From the NCBI RefSeq assembly GCF_009914755.1, contig NC_060942.1: 64,000 nt of DNA; one strand, given 5' to 3'. Position numbers and translations under genes: made by a program. Below are positions 1 to 13,999 of this stretch, one piece after another (within the stretch, counting starts at the first letter, position 1; every line of letters begins with the position of its first letter). This DNA is from the human T2T-CHM13v2.0 reference genome, Homo sapiens. Below the pieces are notes generated by a model. It ran no database searches and was not told where the DNA came from. It saw nothing but the letters and a program-made list of their open reading frames with translations.

Positions 1-130
1 TCATTCATTCATTCATTCAAAGAGTCAAAAATATCCGAGCCCTTGCTATGTGCTGACATTGTGCTAAGTGCCAGGGGAGAAAAAGCAAATAAGCCCAGGG
101 CCTTACCCTAATACAGTTCTCTGTCTGAGA
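1..130 (-). mobile_element. L2 LINE 3' end fragment with (TCAT)n tail
   Basis: TCATTCATTCATTCATTCAA followed by ...GAGCCCTTGCTATGTGCTGACATTGTGCTAAGTGCCAGGG, the typical antisense L2 3' end. Confidence 0.6.
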
Positions 131-1439
131 GCCTTCAGCTGGGCTCATTCTTTCAGCTTTCTGTTCTTTGTTCCTGGTTTGACTTATGGAACACCGTCTC
201 TCTCATTTTCTCGCTGTACACATTTATGGCCATCCTCACACACTGTGCTTCCCGTGGCAACTCATTGCTGACTCCAATTTGGCAGGTAGTTTATTACCTG
301 CTCCATTTTATAGAGGAGGCAGTAGAGAGCTCTTTTTTCTATGCTTGAGCGAAGACTGTCTGCAGACATGAATGCTACAAGCTGAGAGGCAGAGGCCAGT
401 GTTATCCTGAATTTGAAGACACAACATTCAGGCTTTTCTTGATGTTCAGAGGAACCCAAAACTGAGTTGTTCAAAAAATATTTTTTCTGGTATAATTATT
501 TCTAGGTTGGGGGAAAAAAAAAAATCACAAACCTCATCCAGGTGTAACTTAATTGACCACTGGATGTCACCATTGCTCCATATAAGTACTGTGGACGGCT
601 GCTGGACGCTAGAATTTGGGAGCATTTGAAGGTCTGTCTCTGCATTTTTAGCACTCTTGCTTTGTCCAATTTGCATTATAGTCACCCCAGAGCTTCTGCA
701 AAACAAGATGGGATTATAAATAAGCAACTCAACAAAGAAATAAAATTCATCTTACCAAGGAGTAACCATGGTTAATGATCTGATTTAGGTGACAAAGGGA
801 TGCTTGGGCACTTGCAAATCATCCTCAGCAAACCTGAGTGAAAGCCATCATTTTTCCTTTGTCTGGAAGTCTAGATTGTCAAGAGTCTGCGTCACACAAA
901 GACTCAGCACAGTACTCACGGAACTGAAGAGTCACACTTTAGAGGTCACCTCTTCCAACATTCTGCCCAATGCCGGAAGCCCCTTAATCCCTGTCCCCAT
1001 AGGACCCAGATGAATGGCTGCCTGCTTCTAAGCATCCCTGGAGAGCAAGCTCACAGATTCACCAAGCAGCACGTTCTGCCCCAGGAGTGCTGGAATAGAG
1101 CTGGACAGGATAGGGAGGTCTCTCTTCAACTCACACGTTTGCTGTTCCTTCATGGCTGCTGTGTGATGTTATATACTCATTAATAGAGGATGTTGTGGGA
1201 GTTTGGAGGAAGGGGCTTGGCCCAGCCCAGAGGGCATGAGAAGGAGCAGCCTTGGAAGGTTCAGTTCCTAGAGCAGTCTAAATGGGGCCACAGGGGAGAC
1301 CCTGGGCCTTTTGGCCTCCCCTAGATTATATAATGGAATGGTTGCTTACTCTGGCTGGATACAGACCCTGTGCTTTTCATGTAGATGCTCCTGGTAAGCA
1401 TAGAAGGAACTCATGGAATTCAGCAGCGGTGAAATTTAA

Positions 1440-1845
<406 letters not shown>

Positions 1846-2134
1846 GATAAATGGCATTTTAAAGCCAGAGGAAAGCATGACCCGTTCTGCTGTCATGCCC
1901 ACTTCCATTCTTTTAGTGCAGACTGGGGCGGGAATATGTCTCCTTCTCTCCTCATTCCCTCACTTGGAAACCCAAGCAAGAGAGCTCAGAGCCCCATCTG
2001 GAGTCAGGAAAGATGGAAGAGGTGAAGAACTCCCTGAATTTTTATAAGGCTCCAAGGCCCTCGGAGACAAGATGCTTTTTATCCATTACTAATGGGCACT
2101 TGGCTTTTTCTTTGGCTCATTTCTGGTTCAGAAT

Positions 2135-2402
2135 TTTAGTGAAATGACAAAGATCAGATGTTAGCTCTGGAATCCAACAGATGTAGACTTAATTCTTGGC
2201 TGGGCCTTCTTCTAGCTGTGTGACTCCAGGCAAATCACTTAGCTTCCTTAAACTTCAGTTTTTCCTTTTGCAGATTGAAGACAATGCTGATCATACTATC
2301 AACCGTGAAGGACTGTGCTGAGGATTGAATGAGAATACATTCAGGCCACGGAACACAGTGTGTATATATTACACATGCTCCAAAAAGGCTAGCTGCTACT
2401 AT
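2135..2402 (+). mobile_element. MIR SINE
   Basis: MIR core CTAGCTGTGTGACTCCAGGCAAATCACTTAGCTTC...CTTCAGTTTTTCC and 3' GTGCTGAGGATTGAATGAGA. Confidence 0.75.
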
Positions 2403-4359
2403 GAAGTTGGATAAATTGACTCAGGAAAGGGCAGAATGAACTTGATATTGTGACTGTATATTTCAGAGAGGCCCCAAAGAGCAAATATTCAGATCACAGC
2501 ATTCACTCCCGGAATAAGCATATTCGAAAACCCTTTCTTTGTCAAGCACGATACGTGGAGGGAGACTCATTCTGTTTCAGAAAGCTGAGAGTTAAGTGGC
2601 CAAGATAACACCAAAAGACAAGCCTAATAGATGTGGTGGACAACACAGCAGAAATATGGCCACAGGTGTCACATTTCCAGGTATAGCTACTAAATTTCCA
2701 TGGACACAAATGTAGTGTAAAGACACATCTAATTAATTTTTTAAAATTTGCTGGATTCTGTTATTGCAAAACCCGGGAATTTGGACTATGGTATAGTGGT
2801 GGTTGCGTAAACATGGCGTCATACTTAGTTTCTTGAGCCGTTGCCAGATGTGCAGCTATTATGTAACAACATCCCTGAAAGGTGCTTTGAACAAATGGAA
2901 CTTTCATGTTCCTTAACCATATAAATGTCTATGTTCAGAGCAATACAATGAAGATTGCCAGAAAGACAATTGCCCCAAGCACATTCACATTTCCAGCTGA
3001 CTATACTTTTTCCATCTGAATGTACTTCCTGTTGTTCTTGTGGGGCTTTTATATAAATCACTTCAATTTTAAACCAGTTTAAACTTTATGTGAGTATATA
3101 CTGTGTAGATTAAAAAAATAAGCAGAATCAACTTTCTTTTACTCAACTAATGATTGTAGTGGTGCTATTTAGATTGCATACTACCAACATTGTCCCTCAG
3201 GCTAAATCTTCCTTGACAAATGTTGGATGTTGAGCTATCACTTTTATCTACCCCATCTAAAATGATAGTTGCAGCCAAGATTTCAGAATTTATTTACCAG
3301 CAGCAAATTTTTACAACTATTCATTTAACCAGCATTATTGAGTACCTACAATGTACACAGCGTATCAGACATGAAATCACAAATGGAATTCCTCTTTTCA
3401 CTTAGCAAAGGTCAACGTCATATTGTTTCAGCCAACCTGTTTGCTTACCGCAATGTAGAATACCATCTGCACAGAGACAAAGGCCTTCAGTGCAGGTTCC
3501 TTAGAAGAACAACTGTGGAAACATGTAAGTTTTACAACAAAAAGCCATTGAAATGATCCATGCTCTAAAGATATGCACCAGAAGGATCTCACCAAAAAAT
3601 AATAACGAGAAAAATATTTTGAGCTCCCAACAAGTATATAGTGAAGAAGGAATACTTTCTTGCTGGGCACAGTCCACAGGACTTGTTGAGGAGGATGGAT
3701 TTTATTTTGTGAAAGGCCCTTTTATGGGCATGGAGACATGTCTGATACACAAAGCTGAATTGAAGTGAAGTGGCTAGAGAGGGAGCTGAATTTCTCTGCA
3801 TGACAAAGAGATTGAGAAAGGTGGCGTTTCCAAAATCGATCTGGGATGGAGGAAGTATAAGGGGGACAATTGGGACGTGGGAGAGAGGAGAGAAAACGAG
3901 GAGATAGAGGAGAGGTTTATAACACCGTGTCTTGAGGGGACAAGGGAAATTCCCAGTGGGGGCAGGTCAAAGACTTATGAGAATAAGGAAGTCTACAGGT
4001 ATAAAGACCCCTTCATTGAGCTCTCCACATGAATACCAGTTCCTTATATATATAGGTGGAGTTTTGAAGAAATGAAGGTACACTGTCCCCACCAGAAGAG
4101 TGTTACAATACAAGCAGGGTGGCCTAAGCAAGACCTGGGGAGAACCATGAGCCGTTCTCCATCAGGAGAAGCTCTTGCTGAACTATATGCAGAAAACCCT
4201 CCTTGCCCCAGGTTTATCAATTTCACTGAACACTTGAGGTCAGCTTTGTACCTCCTCAATCCATAAAACGTAGGTTTGAATCACTTTAACCTAGAGGTTA
4301 AGGGAAAGATGAACTCACCCAGCTAATATTTGGAGGACACAAAAAATGACAAAGGTACT

Positions 4360-5135
4360 TGTATTACAAAAGGTTCTCCAGAGAAATACAACTCAATAGG
4401 ATGTGTGTGTGTGTGTGTGTGTGTGTGTTTGTGTTTGTATTCTATTGGGTTCTATTTCTCTATGATATATATATCATATGTGATATAGATATAGAACTCT
4501 ATATTCTATTGGGTTCTATTTCTCTATGATATATGATATATATGATATATATATCATAGAGAAATAGAACCCAATAGAATATATATAGAGTATATATATA
4601 GCCTATATATGTGTATATTACATATAATGTGTATATAGATATACATTATATATCCTATATGTGTGTATGTGTATATATATATCCATCCTATATGTGCTTG
4701 TATATATATGTGTGTGTATATATATAAAAAATATATATAATATATATAAAAATATATATATATATAATATATATATAAAGAAATTTACTTTAAGGAATTG
4801 GGTTATTTGGTTATGAAGGTTGAGAAGACCCAAGATTTGCAATCAGCAAGCTGGAGACCCAGGAGAACTGATGGTGTCAGTTTCAGAGTCCCAGTCTGAA
4901 GTCAGGAGCAGACCAATATCTCAGCCCAAAGACAGTCAGGCAGAGACAGTGAGTTCTCTTACTCCACCTTTTTGTTCTATTCAGGCCTCAGTGGATTGAA
5001 CGAGGCCCACTATATTGGAGAAGGACATCTGCTTTGCTTGGCCAACTGATTCAAATGTTAATCTCATCCAGAGACACCGCCACAGACACACCCAGAATAA
5101 TGTTTGACCAAATGACTGGTCACCCCGTGGCCCCA
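4360..5135 (-). mobile_element. MLT2-family (MLT2B-like) ERVL LTR with expanded internal TG/TA microsatellite
   Basis: Antisense LTR end TGTATT...GGTTCTCCAGAGAAA...AATAGGAT; body TTCAAATGTTAATCTCATCCAGAGACACC..CACAGACACACCCAGAATAATGTTTGACCAAAT. Confidence 0.85.
4402..4778. repeat. (TG)n plus TA-rich compound microsatellite containing inverted repeats
   Basis: (TG)n at 4402-4428, inverted copies at 4438-4583, degenerate (TA)n to 4778. Confidence 0.9.
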
Positions 5136-5452
5136 TTACTGCACCCCTCCATGGTGGCTTGCCTATTTAGATGCAGAGTGAGTTATAGCCACCACTTACT
5201 ACAATAGCGTAGAGAAATCACATGTTGGTGCAGAAATTGACCAATAAAACACTTCTGCTTTCTAAATATCAATGCCTGTGGCTTTACTTCTATGGAAGCT
5301 TGGCAAAATGAAAGTCATTAAGTAAAAATTCATAAAATGGGAGAGAATTACTTTCATGTGAAATGATCTATTGTAAAATATTTCTTCAAAATTTTCTTTA
5401 TTATGAATCTTATACAACCATAACTTAAAAATATTTAAATAATTACACAATA

Positions 5453-5756
5453 TTTTATTTTTAATTTTAATTTTTTTTTTGAGACAGAGTCTTGCTCTAT
5501 TACTGAAGCTGCAATGCAGTGGTGTGATCTCGGCTGACTGCAACCTCTGCCTCCTGGGTTCAAGTGATTCTCATGCCTCAGCCTCTTGGGTAGCTGGGAT
5601 TACAGGTGTGCGCAACCACACCTGGCTAATTATTTTAGTAGAGATGGGGCTTCACCATGCTGGCCAGGCTGGTCTCGAACTTCTGAACTCGAGTGATCTG
5701 CCCGCCTCAGCCTCCCAAAGTGTTGGGATTACAGGTATAAACCACCACTCCCAGCT
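5453..5756 (-). mobile_element. Alu (old S/J)
   Basis: Antisense Alu; TSD TAATTACACAATATTTT at 5440 and 5760. Confidence 0.95.
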
Positions 5757-6026
5757 AAGTAATTACACAATATTTTTAAAAAGTTTCATTAAACTCTCAT
5801 CTATAAAGTATCTCATCGAGGGATGTATTTATGTCAAGGTTAAAGGTGTGAAATGAAGCAAGGCATTATTACTTAAAAAAAAAAAAAAAACCAAAGCACC
5901 TGACCTGATATTCTACAAGTATTAGCAAAGACCCCACACTGGGAATTTCAAGATTCATTTTTGAATAAATAGAGAATTTAAAATAGAAAAAAAAATCACC
6001 TCAATAGTGGTTATAATATCTAATAA

Positions 6027-6332
<306 letters not shown>

Positions 6333-6457
6333 CCTAATAAGCAAGTTGTTTAGGTTCTTCTGTTTTATATGAATGAAGGTGCACATGATTAAAAGAGTCT
6401 TGAAAAAAAAGCTAAAATGTCCGAGTAATGTACTTGAAGAAGTAGTATGTCTATATT

Positions 6458-6855
6458 TGCTAAGATTTCGATGCTTGTCACCTCCAAACCTCTTGCTGAA
6501 ATCTGATCCCCAATGTGGCAATATTGGGAGGTGTTTGGTTCATGAGGCAGAGCCCTTATGAATGGATTAATGGCTTCCCTTGTGGGTTCTTGCTCTATTA
6601 GCTCTGGGAGTGCTGGTTGTTAAAAAGAGCCCAGCACCACCACCCAGCATTTTTCTCTCTTGCCATGTGATCTCTTGGCACATACCTGCTCCCCATCTCT
6701 TTCCCACCATGAGTTGAAGCAGCCTGAGGCCCTCACCAGATGCAGCTGCCTAATCTTGAACTTTCCAGCCTGCAGAATTGTAAGCCATATAAACCTCTTT
6801 ATAAACGACCCAGTTTCAGGTATTCTGTTATAGCAACACGAAATAGACTAAGACA
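6458..6855 (+). mobile_element. MST-type MaLR solo LTR (MSTB/C-like)
   Basis: TG...CA; TGATCCCCAATGTGGCA...GCCTGAGGCCCTCACCAGATGCAG...CAGGTATTCTGTTATAGCAACAC...GACTAAGACA. Confidence 0.85.
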
Positions 6856-8374
6856 ACACAACTGTTGTTATTTTGTAAGAAGGGAAATGTTTTTTAGTTG
6901 GACTTATAACACATAGACACACGTACACTTGCACCTTGAAACATCTGAGATGGCTACTTTTCAAAAGCACATATTCATATTTTCCTATCACCTGTGATGA
7001 CAAATTGCTCTTCTGGAAATAGGTGGCCTGTGTAGTTCACTATGGTGGACAGTGGGTGGTGGACCAGGGGGCAGATTCAGAATGTTATCTCCCAACGTTT
7101 TCCCTTTGAGGGTTACAACTATTCAATCAACTTGTAAAGGCCCCAAAACTTCTGAAGCAGGTGTTTTGGACTCACTTTCTTTTGGGAAAAAAGTGGCAGA
7201 GGAAAATAATGAGAGAGTTTGAGAAGTTACACAAGGGCAGAGTAGGCGGAATTTTTGCTCAGTTGTTTCTGGTTTCTTTTTTTCTTTTAAAAAATTCCTG
7301 TTAAAATGAATGTCACAATAGTTATTTTTGTATTCTGTTTAAACATTATTTTATTCTGTATTCACATTTAATGCAGAGAAGCATTTCAGCAGATCCTGAA
7401 AATCTCTTTAAAACTTGACTTCCATTGTTTGAATAACAGCTTGAGAATGCAGACACACCAGTAATTTGGACATAATCCTGTGTATTTGTCAAAATGTTCT
7501 TTGAAAAATTACACACATAAACAGAACATTCTAAGTAGAACTGTCACTTTAACAACATTTTCCATGACTCTTGTCAATTTACTATACTAAATGTTTTCTG
7601 ATACATTATTTACTGTGGTAAGTTTGAATGTATGGCGTTTGTCCCTCTAGATAGAAGTGCCTCCTAAAGCAGGTAGAGAACAAGTTCATGAAAGAGGAAT
7701 CATCATGGTCATTACCAAATACAATTGTTTATGCATTAAGATGTAAAGCATGAGATGTAAACCAGATACATATCTATTTATCAGATATGTAAATCTTTAT
7801 ACTTATATATAACATGTATGATCAACTATATAAATATTACATAATATGTATAATATATATGATTAATATGCATGGCTGATAAATACACAATGAATATGCA
7901 TGACTAATATGAATATTATGTGCACATAAATCTGAGAACATCCAATAAGATGTGTGTGTGTATGCACACATGCACACATACAGGGGCTGACATCTCCTTT
8001 GGAAACGAATAGGGGATCCATTATTTATCCTGTGACTTGATGTAAGGAAAATTGACCCCAAGTAAAATCCTGAGCAGTAGAGCATGGTTCTGCCCCTCCT
8101 CCTCTCCCATTTCTGAATCCTTTGTCCCATTTCCGTGCTCCAGATGCACCAGGTGCTCAGGTCTTCCAGGCCATTGCTATTCAGAAAAGGAAGGATCTAA
8201 TGCGGGGAAATTTTAACTTCATGTACCCAAACTGCAACATACATGGAAGAGACCAGAGTGGCTTTCTATGCCACTTCTAGGCCTGGCCTTTACTCCACCC
8301 CCAGACCCCCATTCTCCTTCTGCTGGCTCACTGCCTAAGAGTGGGGTGACCTTGAAAGTGTTAAAGCTGGCAGA

Positions 8375-8550
8375 GTCATAGATGGGAAAGAGCTGGAGTT
8401 TCTGAATTACCACTTAGTGGAGAGCCACCAGCTGAGCAGAAGCACTCATTTTGGACTTTACATGAGTGAGAAATAAACTTCCATCCTATTTGAGCCACTG
8501 TACAATTTGGGTGGTTTCTTACAGCAACTAAAGTTACCCTGAGTGGTATA
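8375..8550 (+). mobile_element. MLT1 (old MaLR) LTR 3' fragment
   Basis: TTTGGACTTTACATGAGTGAGAAATAAACTTC...GAGCCACTG...TTCTTACAGCA. Confidence 0.6.
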
Positions 8551-9118
8551 GGGTTCATAGCTTTCCTTAGATAACCAAAAAAGTTCATAACTATAGAAAG
8601 TTAGGAACCCTGGAATCATATTCTAGAAGCATAGACATTGTCAAATGTTACTGCTGGAAGCATTCTTCAGATTTTTTGGCTACAGTCCATGGCATGCCAG
8701 TTTTGATGGGCGAGGCGATGAGGGTGCAGTAGGAAGGGGAGGAGGGACATGTGTGGTGGGTGATAGGGCAGAGTCCACTCTAGGAGATCCTTCCAGTCCG
8801 CTCTCACCTAAAGCCCCGATCCTGATGAAGACATTTGGATCTGGCCCAAGCACCTCATATTGTACTGAAGCACAGGGTGGTGATGGGTTTTTTTGCCTCT
8901 TGGTCTCAGGCAATTGGCATCCCTGGTGCATTAATTCAAGCTGTAGTGCTAGTGACTTACATGTCATTCCTCCTGGAAGATTTTTTGTTTTAAAGGAGAC
9001 CTTAGAAAAGAAATTTCTTAACTCAAAATTCTGTTTTAAGCAATATGTCTTTTCTGTGGTGGTGTTTCAGGTGTTTTGGAACCTGGATGCAGAAGAGTTT
9101 TTAAAGAGATTACGGGAA

Positions 9119-9445
9119 GGCTGGGTGCAGTGGCTCTCACCTGTAATTCCCAGAACTTTGGGAGGCCAAGGTGGGCAGATTACTTCTTGAGCCCATTCGA
9201 GACCAGCCTGGGGAACATGACAAAACTCTGACTCTGCAAAAAATGCCCAAACTAGCTGGGTGTGGTGGCACATGCCTGTAGTCCCAGCTACTTGGAAGGC
9301 TGAGGTGGGAGGATCACTTGAGCCTGGAAGGTTGAGGCTGCAGTAAACTGTAATTTTGCCACAGTGCTCCAGCCTAGGTGACTGAGCAAGATCCTGTCTC
9401 AAACAACAACAAGAAAACAAAGCAAATTTAAAAAAAAAAAAAGAG
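9119..9445 (+). mobile_element. AluJ
   Basis: Sense Alu with J-type GGAGGATCACTTGAGCCTGG right arm and A-rich tail. Confidence 0.9.
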
Positions 9446-11039
9446 AGAGAGATTTCAGAGAAACTCCCTGTAATCACAATATTAGTTAGCTGCCTATTCT
9501 ACCTTTGTGTAAAGCCATTAATGAAAATGAAAATTCACATAGCGGAGAAGAAGTGAATACTCCATGTATCTTTACACAAATAGAGATGGTCTGATATATT
9601 GGGGCTATTGTATTGGAACAAAAGGGCCAAATAGCTTTGAGAATAAGATAAGAGATTTGTAAATATGCCCAAGCAGGCTTTGAGGGGCCCTCAATAGGGG
9701 ATCAGATTATTTTTCACCAGCTAAGAATAAAGTGATCTTGGCTATAATATTTTTAGGCCAAAATGTTAATTAGCCATACAATTAGTTCACATTTTCTTTG
9801 GAGGATTTAATAACCAGTTGTGCAACTGAATCTCTAGAAAATTGCATTAGCAGAATGTTTTCATATTCTGCTATAAATTAAACAGTACAGAGGGGCACCT
9901 TTATTTTCTTTCATTTCCTTCTTAAACACAGACATTGGTAGATGTTAGGATTTATGTGACTTATTACCTCATTTCCTGCCTAGTCCTTTCCTGCCAGTTT
10001 CCTTGTTCAGTTTTCATAACCTTTTTTTGATGCCTGGGAGCCACTGGATATGTTCAGGCTGCTTTTACCTCCAGATTTGAGACGGTACCTAGAGTACAAT
10101 TGTTTCAGGTGTTGCTCTGATTAACACCTTCCTCACAGGGCATTTAATCCTGAAAAAGCTGTGGCGATTTGGAAGATCAGGGTCCTGATGTTAACTAGCC
10201 ATAGGAGAGACAGAAACGATGTTCCCAGGCGGCATTATCTCTAGAAGGTACCAAAGCTGCAAGAAATAAACATGTAAATTCAGTCATAGGGGTTCAATGA
10301 GTTAATGAAGGGTTAAATGGGCAAAGATTTAAACAGAGGGTATTGTCTCAGAAAAGAGCAGCACCATTTTTCAGGTTGGTAATTGAGGAGTTAAGCTTTT
10401 AGGAGCTCAAAGAACAACAGCTAAAAACACTGAGAGCCCCACCGGCAGTTCTGACCTTTATCTCCAGGGTCCAACTCCAGACAAGGGTCTTAATTAGCTG
10501 CAGAAAAATCTAGAGCTTTGGCAACAAACCAGCAGACATTAAAAAAACAAAACAACCAGTAAATAAAAGATCCTTTTTTTTTTTTTTTGGTCACGAAACT
10601 TAAATAGGAGCAAAATTTATGTGACCTTTTGGTGTTCCAGTTTCCCAGTTTCTCAGTGTTTTTCTTTTCACATTTCCATTTCACCTAATTTCTTTGCTTA
10701 CATTTTCCCCCAAACTGAGTTTTTTTTGATCTCCCTATACCATCTTACACTTGATTTTTTTTCCCCCATGACCTTCATCTTATTCTCTTTTGTTTTTCTT
10801 ATGTGTTTACATCGCTCAGATCCTTTAGATGCATTTTGGGGCATTTTCTATATATTATTTATAAAATGAATGCAGGCCTATTCTATAAACAATTTCAAAC
10901 AATGCAAAATGCATAAAGTTGTAAGGGGCCTCTCCTGCATCTAGATTTTGTCTATGCATTTTACATATATCTATGTGTTTGTGAATCTAATAATATATAT
11001 ACACACTTAAGAATTTTTATACAAAGTCTTTTAACCTCT

Positions 11040-11690
11040 CTTTCATATTTTCCTTCTTGTTGACTCTGTCTGCTGCATTCTTGGTAATTTATTCATCTTG
11101 CTTTTCTAATTTCCATATTTTCTCTTCAGCTGTTTTTAAGCTGCACTTTTACCTATCTACTGATTTTTTTTTTCAATTCCAATTCTACCTTTTGGAAACT
11201 CTACCTAGATCTTATAGAAATCTTTTGGTAATCTTTGATAATATCTTAATCATCATAATTTTGAAAACATTAAAAATGTTCATTAAACACATACAACACC
11301 TTTAATTTCTAGTCACCGTCTTACTATTCCAATATCTGCAGGTTTGTGGGCCTGATTCTATGGTTGCTATTTCTGCTAGCTCTCACTGGTGGTAGCTTGT
11401 TTTCTTGTGTGTCTAGTGATTATGAACTCATGTTCCTTGCAATTTAATTGTTCTTTGAGGTCCAAACTGTGTTTTTCCAGAGTCGATTTGTGAGTTCACC
11501 AACTAAGATTCTTCGAAGTAAATTTGTAATTGGAATTTTTTGGGTCCCAGCAGTAATGAATTGCAGCTCCAAATATGCATGCAAATTGGCTTATGGTTAG
11601 AAATTATTGGGGTGAGAATTTTCTTTTTCGTGCTCTAACCAGACACAAGGGTGAGATATGCAAGTATTCCCACCAGCCACCTCTCAGAAA
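11040..11690 (-). mobile_element. Ancient L1M/HAL1-like fragment
   Basis: T-rich ...TTTCTCTTCAGCTGTTTTTAAGCTGC... resembles antisense old L1 ORF1 region; highly diverged. Confidence 0.45.
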
Positions 11691-11698
11691 CCTTTTTA

Positions 11699-11973
<275 letters not shown>

Positions 11974-12211
11974 TTATGATATGACCTCTGTCTTGTCGGA
12001 CCCCAGGTATTATTTCCTTTCTCACCACCTGTGAGTGGATAACCTCCCCAAGATTTAAATATCTGGGAACTGACATGTACCCACTAGGCAAACAGTGGTC
12101 TCAAGTTTGGTTATCTCTTTGGATTTGGGATTTCCTATCATATATGGCTTTAAGAATTTCCCCTTCTTTCTCTCCAGCTTAGCCATACATTTAAAAGATG
12201 CTTTTTATTAC

Positions 12212-13225
12212 AGCAAAATTTAAAACTTTTGTGCACCAAATGACACCATCAGCAGAATGAAAAGGCAATTCATGGAACGGGAGAAAATATGTGTAAATCA
12301 TATGTCTGAAAAGTGATTAATATTCAGAATATATAAAGAATTCATAGAATTCAAGAACAACAAAACCCCAATATCACTCAAAAATGGACAAAGGACTTGA
12401 ATAAATATTTCTCCAAAGAAGATATATAAATGGCCAATAAGCATATGAAAAGATACCCAACATCAATAATCATTAGGAAATGCAAATCAAAACCTTTGTG
12501 AGATACCACTTCATACCCATTAAGATGGCTAATAAAAAAAACTCCCAAAAAATCACAAGTGTTGGTGAGGGTGTGGAGAAATTAGAAACCAGTGTTGGCT
12601 AGAATGTAAAATGATGTAGCTGCCATGGGAAATCTAATGGTGGTTCCTCAAAAAACAAGAAATTGCCATATGATCCAGCAATTCTGCTTCTGGTTATATA
12701 ACCAAGATAATTGAAAGCAAGGACTCCAGCAGCTATTGGTACACCTGTGTTCATAGCAGCCTTGTTCACAACAGCCAAAAGGTGGAAGCAACCCAGGTGT
12801 CCATCAACAGATGAATGGATAAGTAAAATGAGGTCTATATTTACACAGTGAAATATTATTTGGCTTTGAGAAAGCAGAAAATTCTGATGGATGCTACAAC
12901 ATGGATGAGCCTTGAAAACACTACACTAAGTGACATAAACCAGTCACAAAAGGACAAATATGATTTGATTCTACATATGTGAGGTACCTAGAGTAATCAA
13001 ATTCATAGAGATGGAAAGTAAAGTGGTGGTTGCCAGGGAAGGAGGAGATAAAGTATTGGGAGTTATTGTTTAATGCGCACAGAGTTTCAATCTTGGACGA
13101 TGAAAAAAGTTCTGGAGATAGACGGCGGCAATGGTTGCACAACAATGTAAACACACTTAATGTCACTGAACGGTACGTGAAAATAGTTAAAACGGTAAAT
13201 TTTATTTTACATGTATAAAAGAAAA
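12212..13225 (+). mobile_element. L1MB-type 3' end (degenerate ORF2 end + 3' UTR)
   Basis: GAAATGCAAATCAAAACC...AGATACCACTTCATACCCAT; ATATGATCCAGCAATT; ATCAAATTCATAGAGATGGAAAGTA; AAAAGTTCTGGAGAT. Confidence 0.9.
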
Positions 13226-13230
13226 TCAGT

Positions 13231-13607
<377 letters not shown>

Positions 13608-13948
13608 TAGAAATCCCCAGGGGACTGATTTTTCCTTCACATCATGACGTCTACTGGGCAGTGAACTTTAGCTACATATGAATACCCAGCCAGATTCCAA
13701 GATTGTGGAAACCAAGATGGCAGCCTAGGAATTCAATGTCCTACATCACTGATCAGCCCGTGTTGTTCCTTTTCTTCAGTGACTATCCTAAATTAGTAAT
13801 GTATTTTACTTTGCATTATTTATAGGTTCCATTATGATCTTTGATAGTAACAACAATCCAATTCTTCTTTGAGGAACAGATCCACATTTCATGTCAGAAG
13901 AGCATGGATAAACTTGTGTGTCAGAATAATTTGACTTGAAATCTTATC

Positions 13949-13950
<2 letters not shown>

Positions 13951-13985
<35 letters not shown>
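13951..13985. repeat. (TG)17 microsatellite
   Basis: Pure TG run. Confidence 0.97.
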
Positions 13986-13988
<3 letters not shown>

Positions 13989-13999
13989 GATGGGTGCTT

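Noticed and set aside
7058-7078. CTCF-like GGACCAGGGGGCAG (also CCACTAGAGGG at 19237)
   Set aside because: Partial matches only; cannot be distinguished from chance without a PWM or ChIP data.
8645-9190. Longest ORF (181 aa)
   Set aside because: No recognisable domain, runs into an AluJ at 9119, no splice or promoter context; consistent with a chance ORF.
12212-13225. L1 ORF2 C-terminal coding potential
   Set aside because: Degenerate, 5'-truncated L1MB; the ORF track shows no long sense ORF here.
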